This document shows positions 1 through 15,268 of a stretch of 64,000 bases of DNA, piece after piece. Source of the DNA: Octopus vulgaris (Eukaryota); assembly GCA_951406725.2 (NCBI GenBank), contig OX597817.1, forward strand, positions 132,246,001 through 132,310,000, in the 5' to 3' direction. Position 1 is the first letter of the stretch. Each line of letters opens with the position of its first letter. The position numbers and the translations under genes were made by a program. The notes beneath the pieces are model-generated. The model saw only the letters and a program-made list of their open reading frames with translations, searched no databases and had not been told where the DNA came from.

Positions 1-56
1 CTAGATTTCTAAATGCAGTTAACATTGAACTTCCACCAATTGCATTGCTTGATAAG
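1..56 (+). CDS. Candidate coding exon (3' part) of an unidentified host gene; RFLNAVNIELPPIALLDK
   Basis: Non-repetitive sequence; the frame starting at position 3 is open and ends at AAG|gtaaag (GT at 57-58), phase 0. The 5' boundary is either the AG at 3-4 or lies outside the window. Joins in frame to the exon at 63852. Confidence 0.45.
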
Positions 57-106
57 GTAAAGAGCCGTGAGCGCCTGACGACATTCCAGATACTAATAAA
101 AACAAT

Positions 107-448
107 AACAGGAGCACTCAGAGAGTGCAAACCAAGGCAACACCAACGTCCTCTCAACGATTAGGCGGAGATGGTTTTTAAAATGAGAATATTTAAAATA
201 AACTCGACTGCTCTCACAGACGAGAATACTAAAAATGAGCCCGCCCACACTCAAAAATTAAGTAAAAAAAAAATGGAAAAATAATCCAGAATACTTGTCC
301 AGTACCGGATCGATCCCCAAATCTAATCAGTTCGTGCCAGTTCCGAGGTCAAACATCCCTGAAAGTTTCATCCGAATCCATCCAGCGGTCCTTGAGATAT
401 CTTATCCACGGACAAACAAACACGACTGAAAAACAATACCTCCGTCTT
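107..448 (+). mobile_element. Non-autonomous interspersed element, Helentron/HINE-like (copy 1)
   Basis: Aligns along its length with 39494-39830. It has a 5' GCACTcagagAGTGC hairpin, an internal AAAGTTTCATCCGAATCCATCC..CTTGAGATATC motif and a 3' ACAATACCTCCG. Family assignment is inference. Confidence 0.6.
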
Positions 449-469
449 CCTTTAGTAGGACGTCATAAT

Positions 470-588
470 CTTTTCTACTTTAGGCAGAAGGCCTGAAATT
501 TTGGGGGAAGAGACAAGTCAATTACAATGACCCCAGTACGCAACTGGTACTTAATTTAGGATGAAAGACAAAGTCGACTTCGGCGGAA
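470..588 (-). mobile_element. SINE family A fragment
   Basis: Shares GGCCTGAAATTTTGGGG, CCCCAGTACGCAACTGGTACTTAATTT and AAAGTCGAC(C/T)TCGGCGGAAT with 11821-12041 and other copies. Confidence 0.8.
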
Positions 589-744
589 TAATCATAATGA
601 TAACAATAATAACCACAAAGTTGTCTACATCTTTATATGTAATGCACAAGTATGTCCTCATGACTGTATTTATGCATCCATCCACCCACCCTCCCTCACT
701 CCATCTATCTACAAAGATACATACGTGCATACATATGCGTGTGC

Positions 745-780
<36 letters not shown>

Positions 781-1158
781 ATCATCTATAGTAATTGCTT
801 TTTTTTATGCTATTCTACCCAATATCCCAATATTCATTCTAACAGTATTACACATCTACTACGCCCCCCACCCCATCGGCTCATGTAACTCGCCATTTTG
901 TCAATAGATATTTTCAGGCAATTGAGAGATTAGCACTGCTTGATTTATTACCTATTATCTCACATTTCCTATCTCTGCCACTTGTGTTGAGACCTTACTC
1001 AAATATTATAAAGCAGAATTAAATGTGTATGGAGTACGAATCTTCATTATGCTCTACTCGTATGTCTATTAGTGTTAGCTTGCTTACGTATCGTCGAGAT
1101 TTTCCCATCATACATGCTTACATACATACATATATATATATATTCACATTTCTAGTTC

Positions 1159-1220
<62 letters not shown>

Positions 1221-1292
1221 GCATATATATGTATATACATATATACATATATATATATATCTATAATTATATATATTTATATTTATATATAT

Positions 1293-1370
<78 letters not shown>

Positions 1371-2099
1371 GTGTATGTGCATTTCTCTTTAATGCACACA
1401 CATGAGCAAATACGTATATACGACAACTTGTATACGCATATGCACATCTATATGTAAACAGCTATATATATATATATAGATATAGGTATATATGGATATA
1501 TATGAGTGTAGTTGTGTTTGCGTGTACGTATGTAAATATGTAGGTGTGTATAGTATACTCCAATAAGAGCGGAATAGTTGTCTATGTAATTATATTCTGA
1601 AAACTCCCCATACATAGAAACATACTTTGCTCTATACGTATTGCGATGTAATACGCCTCTGTATGTGTGTATGAGTGTGTGCGCGCGTGTAATTATCAGC
1701 CACCGAATTCGCCACGTTTTCATTTATCATAATACACTTTCGGAAATTCGCCTCAGGTTGTCATCAGTTTTCCGGGATAATTTTTACATTAGTTCTCCAT
1801 AAAATATACACAATTGCACACATACACATAAACACAAACATACCCTACTACAAACACACACACACACACAAACACACACACAGATATATATATATATATA
1901 GGTATATATACTGATATATATTAAATGTACGTACAAATATATGTATACACACATACATACGTATATACATACATACGTATTGACATATATATACATATAT
2001 ACATATATATGTATATATACACATGCATATTTATATATCTACATATATATATATATGCATACATACATATATATACCTATACATACATATATATATATG

Positions 2100-2173
<74 letters not shown>

Positions 2174-2271
2174 TGTATATTTTTTCACTTGCAAATATGT
2201 TTTGTTGTTTTTGTTTATTCTTTTCTACTTAGCACATTTTTTGTGCTTATGTGTGTGTTTGTGCACATATG

Positions 2272-2313
<42 letters not shown>

Positions 2314-3065
2314 GATAGATAGATAAAGAGAGAGAAAAGGAGAAAGAGAGAAAGAGTAAGATGAGGAGAGAGATGAAGGAAAGGGTAAAATTGTAGGGGA
2401 TGAGATTGAATAAATGTGTTTGTGTTGGGAGAGGGAGCTCTCCCTAAAAGGGATTTCATTAAAAGCATGGCAACATTGTTGAATTAAATAAACGAAACTT
2501 TTGTTTCTCATCAAAAATCATTGATATCTCATCAACAGTCTCTAAAATGATATAATTGTGTATATATACATATATACACGTACCGACATACATACATACA
2601 TACATACATACATACATACATACATACATACATACATACATACATACATACATACATACATACTTACATACATACATGCATACGTACCGACATACATACA
2701 TACATACATACTTACACACACATACACACATATTTATATTTATTTATTTATATATATGTGTGTGTATGTGTGTGTATGTATACATACATATATACGTATG
2801 GTTATATGTGTATATATATCTGTATGTATGTGAAAACACTTACAAAAACACACACATGTATATATAGTAGATATTTTTGTGTACATCTGTAAGGGTATGT
2901 GGGATATATATGTGTGTGTGTATTATATATATATATATACATTAACAAATACGTGTGTATATAATATATTCATTAACTCTATATTCATAAAGTATATTCT
3001 TGAGTTTATATACACACACACATACTCACACATACATACATATATATATATATATATATGTATAT

Positions 3066-3109
<44 letters not shown>

Positions 3110-3540
3110 TTATATAAGTATATGCAAAGCATGACTATATATATATATATATATATAGATCGTATTCATACATGTATGTATGTATGTATGTATGGATGGA
3201 TGGATGGATGTATATATGTATGTATGCATGTATGTCTGTCTGTCTGTATGTATGTATGTATGTATGTATGTAAGCATGTATGCCTGTATGTATGTCTGTA
3301 TGTATATATGTATGCATGTATATATGTATGTATGTATGTATAGGTGTGCCTGGGTATGTGAGCGTGTATGTATATCACCAGAGGATGTCCATAATAAATT
3401 ACGAATGTAACCGCAACATCCTGTTAAACATCGTTTCAATTTGTTTTATCGTTGATGATATCATAGCTTGTTGTAATCGAAAATATAGAACGGATGAAAT
3501 AACAAGCCCTGACGACCGGCTAGAGGCTATATGTATATAC

Positions 3541-3585
<45 letters not shown>

Positions 3586-4139
3586 TGTGTTTGTGTATGG
3601 AAGCAGAGTGATGAGGGTAGTGTTTGGGGAGTTGGGTTGGGGTATTGTGGAGAAAGAAAAAAAAACAATATTATCGCCAATTTTCGTTATATTGTTTAGA
3701 GTAAAACTTGTAATGAGCATATTATTAAGTGTTATTATTAATGCATGCCAAGGCGTTCAGGTCTCATCTGTGTGTGCTAACAACAATACTTGAGACACAT
3801 AGGGATATATTCACGATTACGCAGGTACAAACGCAATCATTGAATACAGGGATATACACACGGTCACACACATATGCGTATTTGTGTGTGTATGTGTGTT
3901 TGTAGATATATTCAAACACACACACACACACATGTAAATACATATTTTAAAGCCCAAACACATACATACTTACACACACATATATACATGCACGTACGTG
4001 TATACGTATACATATTGAATTATATATATATATGCAGATACATACATACACACACATATATATATGGATAGAGATAGATATAGATACATACGTAGATATA
4101 TATATACATGTGTCTATGTATGTAAGTATGTATATATAC

Positions 4140-4194
<55 letters not shown>

Positions 4195-4383
4195 GTACTT
4201 GTCTACGCTTGAGTTTTTGTGAGCGTATTAATACGTGTTTGCATAGAGCAGGAGAGAGGGAGAGCAGAGACAGACAGACAGATATATAGACAAACAGAGA
4301 GATAGCTATTGAAAGAAAAACAGTATGAACGTGAAATGGAGGAGTGAGCAGGATTAATTTACGTGGGGGATAAAGATTGGATT

Positions 4384-4493
<110 letters not shown>

Positions 4494-4587
4494 ATGAAAT
4501 GAAATGAGAATTAGTGTGCAGAAAGAATGGCTGGCAAAAATGAAACAAAACCGTTAGAAACACAAGTGAACGTCAAAACCAATAATG

Positions 4588-4770
<183 letters not shown>

Positions 4771-5021
4771 TATGCCTGTAAATATGAATAAAAATAAGGT
4801 GTAAACAAAAGCATAATTTGAATACTAATAAACAATTATTTGGTCATCCAACATCTTTTAAACATACATAGAAATCGTTTAGAAATTTCTCCGCAAGGCG
4901 AAACGGAACTGAAACGAGAAAACAGATGGAGGTTAGCTGAGGTCCACAATCTCATTTCTCTGGTTGTTTTTGCCTCTGGCCACTTATTTTGTTTGTTTGT
5001 TAGGTAGTTTTAGTATGTTGC

Positions 5022-5052
<31 letters not shown>

Positions 5053-5113
5053 TGCGTATGCATACATGTAAATGTGTTTGTGAATTTTTGTGTGTGCGTT
5101 TGTGTGTGTGTGT

Positions 5114-5162
<49 letters not shown>

Positions 5163-5291
5163 TTTCTGGATCTCTGAGAAGTTTACTTCTGTTCCTTACC
5201 GTATCACCAGTCTCATCACCACCAGAGGAAACCATCACATCCTCCACCACCATCACCTGCATGCCACCACTATCACCATTTATATCACTAA

Positions 5292-5462
5292 CTACTACTA
5301 CTACTACTACTACTACTACAACTACTACTACTACGACTACAACTACTACAACTACTACTACTACTACTACTGCTGCTACTACTACTATTGCTGCTGCTGC
5401 TCCACCTCCTCCACCTCCTTCTTTCCTCCTTCTCCTCCTCTTCATCCTTCCCCCCTCCTCCC

Positions 5463-5556
<94 letters not shown>
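5292..5556. repeat. (CTA)n-rich low-complexity tract ending in (CTA)n(GTA)n
   Basis: Directly visible. Confidence 0.9.
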
Positions 5557-6002
5557 AAGTTAGCTATAAATTGAGCAGCACAAAAGGAACGAAAGAAGAG
5601 TAGATCAAAGAAGACATGACACGTCACCTTCAAAGAAGATCTGAAACACGTTAGTTTCACCTGGAAACAAACGGGCCCCTTAGAACGAAGATTCTTGAAG
5701 ACCCAACCCTAAGACTATCTGGTTTTGAATTGGACTTAGCTAGACATTACCATAACATTTGTTAATATTTGACTACAAGACATTGCAATATTCTAGGCAT
5801 CTATCTTCGTGTTGAGTTTATTAGACAGGCCAATAAATAATTTACATACCGTTGGCAAAAATATATTTAAAATAACCTGTCTAATGAGAGGTAGGCCCCG
5901 AAACGGCGCGCATTCTCTCCTGATGACCCCATACACTTGCTGGCTTCCGGTATGCGGAGTTTTTGACTGGTAGCACTTGCATGTGCAAGTTGTTTGCAAG
6001 AC

Positions 6003-6077
<75 letters not shown>

Positions 6078-6171
6078 GATATGTCTGTCTGTCTGTCTGT
6101 CTGGCTGGCTGTCTGTCTGTCTAACTATCTATCTAATTATCCATCTATCTATCTATCTATCTATCTGTCTG

Positions 6172-6226
<55 letters not shown>

Positions 6227-6238
6227 ACCTACCTACCA

Positions 6239-6319
<81 letters not shown>

Positions 6320-6360
6320 CCTACCTACCTACCTATCTATCTACTTATCTATCTATATGT
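6003..6360. repeat. (TATC)n / (TGTC)n tetranucleotide microsatellite
   Basis: Directly visible. Confidence 0.95.
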
Positions 6361-6963
6361 ATGTATGTCTGTCTATCTATCAATTTATCTATGTACCTGT
6401 CTCTCTGTCTGTCTATCTTTCTCTCTATCTATCTAAAAATTTATCTGTCTGCTTGTCTCTCTCTGTCCATTTTTGTGTTATAGTTAGCTAGCTATTTCTT
6501 TAGCTTGACTTACTGGCCAAAGACCCATCTCTTTCAGTCTGTGTTGCGGTTAGCTAGACGTTAATATAAAATTGTTTTGCTATTATGTTAGAGTGTATTA
6601 TAAAATAGTCTATCCATCTGTTTTTTTTTTCTTTCTTACTTTTATGTTGGAGTTAGTTATAGTTATCTGTATGTTCTGTCCTTGTTGACATTAGCTAGAC
6701 TTAGTGGCAACATTCTGTCTGTCTGACTCAATGCTGGTGCTAGCTAGAATTCTCTGTGATATTATTCTCTCTATATTATTCCACTAAGTCGGCGTTTATT
6801 TGTCTTTCACAACCTGTCTCTTCTTTCAGTGTCATTCCGTTTGTTTTCCCATCTGTCTTTTCGACATCCTCTGCATAAGTTTCTCTGTGTGTTCCTACTC
6901 CACTACAACCTTTGAGTCCATCATGCACACCGTGCAAGTACGTTTGTGTTTGCGTGCATGTGA

Positions 6964-6998
<35 letters not shown>

Positions 6999-7378
6999 TA
7001 CATACAAACATTTTACATATATATATATATACCTACACAGATACATACATATATATGAATGTGCATACATGACCGCACAAATGTATATCTAGCTGTGTTT
7101 TATAACTCATCTGTCTTTCAGTGTATTCTTATGCAGTCAGTTTGTTTAGCCAGTTCCCGTGGATCAGGGCATGTTTATGTTGCTTTGTTTATTCGCCATA
7201 TTGTTATTTGTGACATAGCCGAGATCTCAGGATCTGTTTAAATGCCTGTCGCCCAAAGATTTGTCACAAAGTTTGCTCCAAACACGTTCTATCTCGGTGC
7301 TGCCACCATCACCAACAAAGATACATAATTGGCTTTATACAACTGGACCTCTGTGGATGCATTTAAGTGTGTGTGTGT

Positions 7379-7417
<39 letters not shown>

Positions 7418-7564
7418 ATATATATATACATACATATACACACACATATATACGCACATACACAAACACACACGCATATCAGTATTATGAAGTTGTGTGC
7501 GCGAACAGCTAGACAGTGTATGCACATGATGGACAGACAGACACGCAGACACACAGATAGATTG

Positions 7565-7713
<149 letters not shown>

Positions 7714-7839
7714 CAGACATGCAGAGAAATAGATAAACATGGCGTAGATATCTTAGATTGCTTACATTGGTTTTGGCCATTATCGTCCCAGGACATAACT
7801 AGCTAAATAGCACCGCTTGGAGAGGTCATTTAAGTCATG

Positions 7840-8250
7840 CTTCGGAACACTATGGGCCACTCGAGCAAAGAGATGTTATTGGCTGAGATATTGGTAGTTT
7901 GTCTAGTAGTTATTGCAGGGATTTGTCCAGGTACCGTTTGAATGTTGTGGGGGTCATGTTCTACTTTAATTTCTTTCAGGGTAGCGATGAATAAAGCAGG
8001 ACCATTTGAGCTAAAAGAGTTCTCTCGCAATATTCTTATGTGATGTGAACTAGAATTTTATAGGAGACGCATGGTATGGGATCTACCCTTGGGTAACTAA
8101 TAAGATTGGTACCAGCAGCGTTTGAATAATATTGGTAGAATATTTTCCATATTGTCCAAATACATATCTGTATGAAGCTAGAAAGTGGCAAGTTTGAAAT
8201 CGTTGTAAACCGTTTCCTGGCAAATTTTTGTAAGTTACTCCAGCAACAAT
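7840..8250 (-). mobile_element. Decayed CR1-clade LINE ORF2 3' fragment
   Basis: Minus-strand frames give IWTIWKIFYQYY and RENSFSSNGPALF...NNISLLEW. These match the copies at 52120-52780 and 55390-55775 and the C-terminal pattern of CR1 RT. Confidence 0.65.
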
Positions 8251-8601
8251 TATTGAGTCGTCCTTCAATTTAATGTTTAACCATTTTTTTAAATGTATAA
8301 ATTTATATAAAGAAACATACACAGATGCGTCCACAGACGCACACACACACACACATTTATATGTGCGTACACATGATTGTATGTACGTAGAGAGAAATAA
8401 GAAAGTAAAATGAAGATTAATAGATGGCTTGACTGACCAAGTGAATGCTTTACCGATAAGCGTATAAATAGTTTTTCAGAAAGACATAATTTGATCGATG
8501 GCGGACAAATGTCTTTAAAAAAACTAACAATTTTATCATGACACGACTGTTGTTTCTACGTACCTCATTGTTAATATATATGTGTGTATGTGAGTGTGTG
8601 T

Positions 8602-8659
<58 letters not shown>

Positions 8660-9148
8660 TTTGTGTATGTGCGTTTGTGTGTGTGGAAATTCAAACTATA
8701 GAATAAGTCTTTGTAGAAATTCAATCCTGCGCACCTCTATTTAGTTACATATTCGTCCTTTAATTCATCTTAAAACATCAGCTCAAAAAGACCTGTATCA
8801 AGAGGCAGTACGCTTTCCGGTGCATATTCCAGCCAATTAGATTATGTGGCCATTGTTATAAAGTTTCGTTTGGTGTCATAGGAATCGCTGTGGTTTACCT
8901 GCCAAACTACAAACAGTAAACTTTCGAACATGTACCACTTTCTTATATATGTATAAGGCCGAAATTCGACAACTGGCAAGAGGTGCCGCCGTAATTGCGG
9001 CAATAACTTTACCTCGGAGATAAGCGATTAAAAGATACTCTTTCAGTTCTTTCATTAAGGTTATTTCTACAGAAATTATAGCCAGCACTAAACAGCACTG
9101 CTGATGCAGTAGAATGCGGTATTGTCTTATAAAAAAACATTTAATATA

Positions 9149-9361
9149 CAGGGTGTTCAAAGAGTCTCTCCGCAGTATTTTATTGCGAAATAAATGTTTA
9201 TAAGATGGTATAAGACTACAAAAGAATATATTAAACGTTAAAAGAGGTGTTAAAAGTGTATGCATTATCAATTTCCCTTTCAGTGAGTTGGCCTACAAAT
9301 GGATAGACAATATTTGTGCAGTGAAAAAAATTCCCTGCGGAGAGATATTTTGAACACCCTA
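9149..9361. mobile_element. Tc1/mariner-type MITE (213 bp)
   Basis: Imperfect TIRs CAGGGTGTTCAAAGAGTCTCTCCGCAG and CTGCGGAGAGATATTTTGAACACCCTA, flanked by TA at 9147-9148 and 9362-9363. Confidence 0.85.
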
Positions 9362-9828
9362 TACTTTCTAGCATATTATGGTCGCATAACGAAATACCAC
9401 GTGCCTACAAGACCTTAATCTTTCAGTTGTATCTCTCCAAATCCTTCTCTCACACTTCCGAATTAACCCTATCAAAGACAGCAAACACTCAATGATTTCT
9501 TAAATGTTTCTTATTCTCTCGTGTATAAAGCTCAGAGATACAAGATATTTAACAGATGATGATTATGATGGTGGAATGGAATCTGGAATCTGGAATCTGA
9601 AATCTCTCGTCGAAGACGATGTACGAGTGTTCGTTTTTTTTTTTTTTGCTAAACAACCTGTACAGAGGATTTGCTTACAATGGTCAAATGTATGCGGTGC
9701 ATCGTAGTGATGCATTTCCTCCATCATCAGATCGACGTTGCCTGAACGGGTGCACGGTATACCAAGCGTCACATGTCGAAGTGATCGTAGAACATCGTGA
9801 GATGATGGTGATAATGATGATGATGATG

Positions 9829-9871
<43 letters not shown>

Positions 9872-9881
9872 CAACAACAAC

Positions 9882-9946
<65 letters not shown>

Positions 9947-10227
9947 TGATGATGATGATGATGATAATAATATATATATATATATGTGTATGTGTGTAAT
10001 ATATCATGTGAATGCGAGTACGTTTGTACATAAAGAGCGAGAGAGAGAGAGTATATATGTATATATTAATGTGTTTGTGCATATATGGGTCTATGTTTGT
10101 GCGTGTATGTACATATATATAAGTATATATATATATGTATATATGTACGTATATATGCGTGTGTTTGTGTGTGTGGGTGTGTGTATATATATCTATATAT
10201 AAAGTGAAGTGAAGAGTGTGAGTAGAT

Positions 10228-10277
<50 letters not shown>

Positions 10278-10431
10278 CTGACATACGAAGAGACAGGCAG
10301 GAATGTGAAATTATTTAAAAGTTGAAGATTTGTTTAAAGACTTGAAAATAAAATTAATAAAAATGTTTGACAAGAACAGAATAAAAGAAGATTATTTCTT
10401 TAGGCTAGTGAATGTGTGTTTAAAATTGGAA

Positions 10432-10588
10432 GATATATATTGAGAAAATATATGTATATATCTATATATACATACAGGTATACATACACACATACACACA
10501 TACATACATAGATATATACTGAGAAAATATACATGTATATATCTATATATACATACAGGTATACATACACACATACACACATACATTC

Positions 10589-10590
<2 letters not shown>
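10432..10590. repeat. ~80 bp tandem duplication (2 copies)
   Basis: GAGAAAATATA..GTATATATCTATATATACATACAGGTATACATACACACATACACACATACAT occurs twice in tandem. Confidence 0.85.
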
Positions 10591-10639
<49 letters not shown>

Positions 10640-10721
10640 CATACAACTACACTTATCCATATATACATACGTAAATGGTTACATACAGATAATTATAAAT
10701 ATACACACACACACCCACACA

Positions 10722-10769
<48 letters not shown>

Positions 10770-10800
10770 TACATATATATATAACTAAATGCACCCTTAT

Positions 10801-10871
<71 letters not shown>

Positions 10872-11820
10872 GTATGTATACATATTTATATGCATATAAG
10901 CTTATATACATACAAACTATCACACACACACTACCACCCATTCCGCTGAAGAAGATATAGAAGATGAAGGCACCGAAACCAAAAAACGGTAATCCACACT
11001 ACAATCTATAAATTCGATTATGTATCAATGTTGTATTTTGAAATTGCATTAAATTTCTCTATTTTCTTTTCAACAAAGTTAAATATTCAAGTTTCAACTT
11101 TCTCAAACGTAATTTTAGTTGATTCAAATTCAGAAGAATTAAATGGTTCTTTTGGTGAATATCTCCTGTCGTGCCTCACACTTCCCAGTTAAAACTCTTC
11201 CTCGACAAGCGTCTACGTCAGTAGTACTCAACTATTTTTTTTTTTTTTTGGCTATGGAATCCGTTGATTACTATTTACTATCTTATTTTGGTGAACCCCA
11301 TCATAGCCATTCAATGTTTAAAAATACGCTTTATAGACCCTTCTTTCAAAAAGAGGATCTTTCTTTTACACCCACTCATTCACTAGTGTGGGTTTGCCAT
11401 AACATACTCTCCGTGAACATATTTCTGTTGCCAGGAACATGTTAAACTATAAAACAGAGAAAGAAACCTGGCTGTTACTTGCAAAATTTACATCATGGAC
11501 CCTTAAAATACAAATCCTCTGTCTAATATTTTGCTGGCGGGGACCCCAGAAATCTTGTGTGGAGCCCATTTGAGAACCACTACTCTACGTGGTTGTTTTA
11601 ATAACAAGAAATAGCAACCAAATCTACCTTAAATCAAACCTTAGCTGTCTTAAATACAAATCAACGCGGTGGATAGTGTGGTTGTCAATTTCTAGTCAAC
11701 AATTTTCGATCCACCGCTGGACAGTATGAAAGCCTCAGCATGCAGCTTCCTGCTAATTTAGTTTGATTGTAGATGTAAGAGTCAACGCTGTTCAATTTCG
11801 ATTGGGACAATATGGGACAA

Positions 11821-12041
11821 TTCTTTACTTTTCTACTCTAGGCACAAGGCCTGAAATTTTGGGGAGGGGACTAGTCGATTAGATCGACCTCAGTACGCAA
11901 CTGGTACTTAATTTATCGACCCCTGAATGGCTGAAAGGCAAAGTCGACCTCGGCGGAATTTGAACTCAGAACGTAAATACAGATGAAATATCGCAAAGCA
12001 TTTCGCCCTGCGTGCTAACGTTTCTGCCAGCTCACTGCCTT
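11821..12041 (-). mobile_element. SINE family A, near full length (tRNA-derived head, Meta-domain-like core)
   Basis: The minus strand begins AGGCAGTGAGCTGGCAGAAACGTTAGCACG, has a B-box-like GAGTTCAAATTCC, then the core GTCGACTTTGCCTTTCA..GGGGTCGATAAATTAAGTACCAG. At least ten copies occur in the window. Confidence 0.85.
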
Positions 12042-12092
12042 ACAATGTGCATACATCTCCCACTAACAGTCAGTAGTTATGACCACCTAGCT

Positions 12093-12378
12093 TGTGAGTC
12101 CGATTCCCGGACCGGGCTGCGTGTTGTGTTCTTGAACAAGGCACTTTATTTCAAGTTACTCCAGTCCACTCAGCCATAGAAATGTGTTGCGACGTCACTG
12201 GTGCCAAGCTGTATCGGCCCCTTTGCCTTTCCCTTGGATAACATCGTTGGCATGGTGAGGGGAGGCTGGTATGCATAGGCGACTGCTGGCCTTCTATAAG
12301 CAACCTTGCCCGGACTTGTGTCTCGGAGAGTAACTTTCTAGGTGCAATCCCATGGTCATTCATGACCGAAGGGAGTCA
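12093..12378 (+). mobile_element. SINE family C (CORE-like body), 5' truncated
   Basis: B-box remnant GTCCGATTCCCGG followed by the CORE-like GTGTTCTTGAACAAGGCACTTTATTTC; a related segment lies at 44910-44947 on the minus strand. Confidence 0.7.
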
Positions 12379-12699
12379 CCACGGTGTAAGTCTTAGCTTT
12401 CCTAGATAGTCATTTATGCATATACACGCACGCACACACGCACACACATACACACACACAGACACACACATATATTTGCACATATTTGTGTGTGCATGTA
12501 TGTATGTATGTGTATGGGTTTGTGTGTGTGTGTGTGTGTGTGTGAGTATACATCTATACATGCCTAAGTGACTGGAAAAGCTAACTGTATTCAAAAGAAA
12601 TCAGCCAGTTAACTCGCACACACAAATACAATCAATTTGTGAACGGAACAATAAAAATATGCAAGACTTATCACAAATTCAAAATGTGATGTTATGTTT

Positions 12700-13220
12700 G
12701 TAATCTACATTCCAATATTGAAGCTTTTCATCTTTGCTAGAAACCAGTTCCTTCTTTAGAGGAAGATTTCAGATAATTCAAATTAGAAGCGAGCAACTTA
12801 TATAGAGACCAATCACAACTCATAATGGGAATGAGAAAGGAGTATTTGTGAAATATCTTCGTAAAAACCTTTTTAAAATCCAAATGAAACAGATCAATCA
12901 CGGTAATTTGACAGAGGGAGGGCGAACTTTGTTTTAAGTCAGGTTACGTAGTAGATGTCAACATATAGCTAAAGATCAGAGACACAGGAATCTCTAATAC
13001 TGATCTATTGGAAATTTAAAGAAATTTACTGACAGTCTAACCAGATAACAAGTTTAGATGTATACTCGTTAAAATTGGGACATTTGGATATGTAACCAAT
13101 TGTCTCAGCACCAGTCTTGAGAAATAAGGGTTCTGAAAACCAGAAAGAGAAAGGTGATTAGAATATTAGGGATAAAAGCCATCAATGGAACTATACAAAT
13201 GCGTTAAACATTCCAACAAT
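12700..13220 (+). mobile_element. Highly decayed RLE-type (R4/NeSL-like) non-LTR retrotransposon C-terminus
   Basis: Interrupted frames read VDVNI*LKIRD..PDNKFRCILVKIGTFGYVTNCLSTSLEK*GF..VIRILGIKAINGT. This resembles the region after the PD..D..K motif of restriction-like endonucleases. Confidence 0.55.
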
Positions 13221-13914
13221 TTAGTATATAGGTACGTATGCACATGCATAGTTGTACCATTATATGTATGATTATACATACATGAAACAAAACACATGCA
13301 CTAACTCCAAATACTTCCATATATCTAATATAATAAATGTGAATGTCAGTGTATCAGTGTGTCACACTTTTTCAGCTTTACTCCTAGAAGCCGCAGACCA
13401 ACATATACCATTTTGGAATCAAACCGACATCCGTGGATAAAAGGAAAAGATTGCAGGTCCAGATTTGGCCTGAAATTTTGGATTCCAAGTTCTTATTGCT
13501 TGCAATTGTTTTCGGCAATTTTTTAAGTGACTGTTTGTGACGAAGTTTTTTTTGTATGATAACAATTTTTATAACTTGAAAATAAAGTTTGAGAATAATC
13601 GAAATTAACTGCGAAATCCATCGTTATTTTCGACGATGTTTTGCGTGATTTTTTGCTGACGAATATGATCGTCATTAGGATATGACCCTGGAGGAAGCAA
13701 TTACAACAAATTCTCCAAAAACAAATAAGAGATCTATTTGCAAATCTTCCATTCGGGGTCAGTAGCTTAAAAGTTATATACAAGTATACACATAAGCGCA
13801 AGTACCCTGTTGATTTTGCTGAAATTCCAATGAAGAAGTTGTGGGGTCTTGATTAGAAACCAACATTTTGTTGTCTGACGAAAAATCGAGAAAAAAAAAC
13901 TAATAATACATATA

Positions 13915-14134
13915 TTTCTTTATTGCCCACAAGGGTCTAAACATAGAAAGGACAAACAAGGGGATTAATTCGATTATATCGACCCCTGTGCGTAACTGGT
14001 ACTTATTTAATCCACCCCGAAAGAATGAAATGCTAAATTGACCTAGGTGGAATTTGAACTCGGAACGTAACGGCAGACGAAATACCGCTATGAATTTCGC
14101 CCGGCGTGCTAACGTTTCTGTCAGCTCGCTTCCC
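13915..14134 (-). mobile_element. SINE family A (variant with GGACAAACAAGG tail)
   Basis: Same head and core as 11821-12041; tail shared with 49077-49306. Confidence 0.85.
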
Positions 14135-14160
14135 TTAAAAATACATAACATATATATATA

Positions 14161-14284
<124 letters not shown>

Positions 14285-14607
14285 GTATATATATATATAT
14301 ATATGTATATATATGTATATATATATATATATATATGTACATACGTTCATATACGTCCGTGCATTTATACATGCGTGGGTCAATTATGTTTGTGTGACGT
14401 TTCATGTTGTTGTTGTTTTATATAATCGGAAATATGTGTGAATTTGTATGGAGAAAAAAGCATTAAAGGCTAAAAATATTCTACTTTATTCATTAAAGAA
14501 ACACAAGAAATAATAATCCATGACAATATTGTTTGATTGAAATTATGTAAACAGTTGGTGCATAATGCAGCATACATATGCACAAGGCATTTATGTAAAA
14601 ACTCTTT

Positions 14608-14647
<40 letters not shown>

Positions 14648-14772
14648 ACACTATAATACAATATTGATATATACATTTGTATTTATTTGATCTTTACCGA
14701 ATTGTGTGCTTATAAACACTTACACAAATATTCCTATTAATAATTTATTTTCTAAAAACTTCACAGATTATT

Positions 14773-14842
<70 letters not shown>

Positions 14843-15268
14843 GCAATGAATTCCGGATTCCAGAAGACAATGCCTCTTTTTACCATCACATATTTCGGAA
14901 ATACGGTGACAGTGGCATTGGTATGAATAGCCATTGTCTAATAGCATAATGCCATTACGTAAGAGCACAAATGCATTGTAACATCTCAACGTTTGTTTCA
15001 CATCCACCTTTATGTAAATGAAAATAAAAGCCCCCAGTTGCATAAGTTGAAATGGAACAATGGAATTAAAAATTCTGTCTTCAATAGCACATACACACAC
15101 ATTATATATATATATATGTATACACAAATCCATATACACACTCCTATTAATAGAAACAAAAGAGGTGGGGTTTATTATAAATAAATATTGTTGATATTCG
15201 ATCGCGCGTTTTTAATAAATATACAGCCTCGTTGTGACATTAAATTTTATAATTAAACCAGACCGTCA

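Noticed and set aside
8876-9060. ORF with GKVIAAITAAPLASCR, faintly like a Helitron/PIF1 helicase motif
   Set aside because: Similarity is too weak and there is no Walker A motif; not supportable without a search.
11470-11585. hAT-Charlie-like end TTGAGAACCACT
   Set aside because: No matching left TIR or TSD was found.
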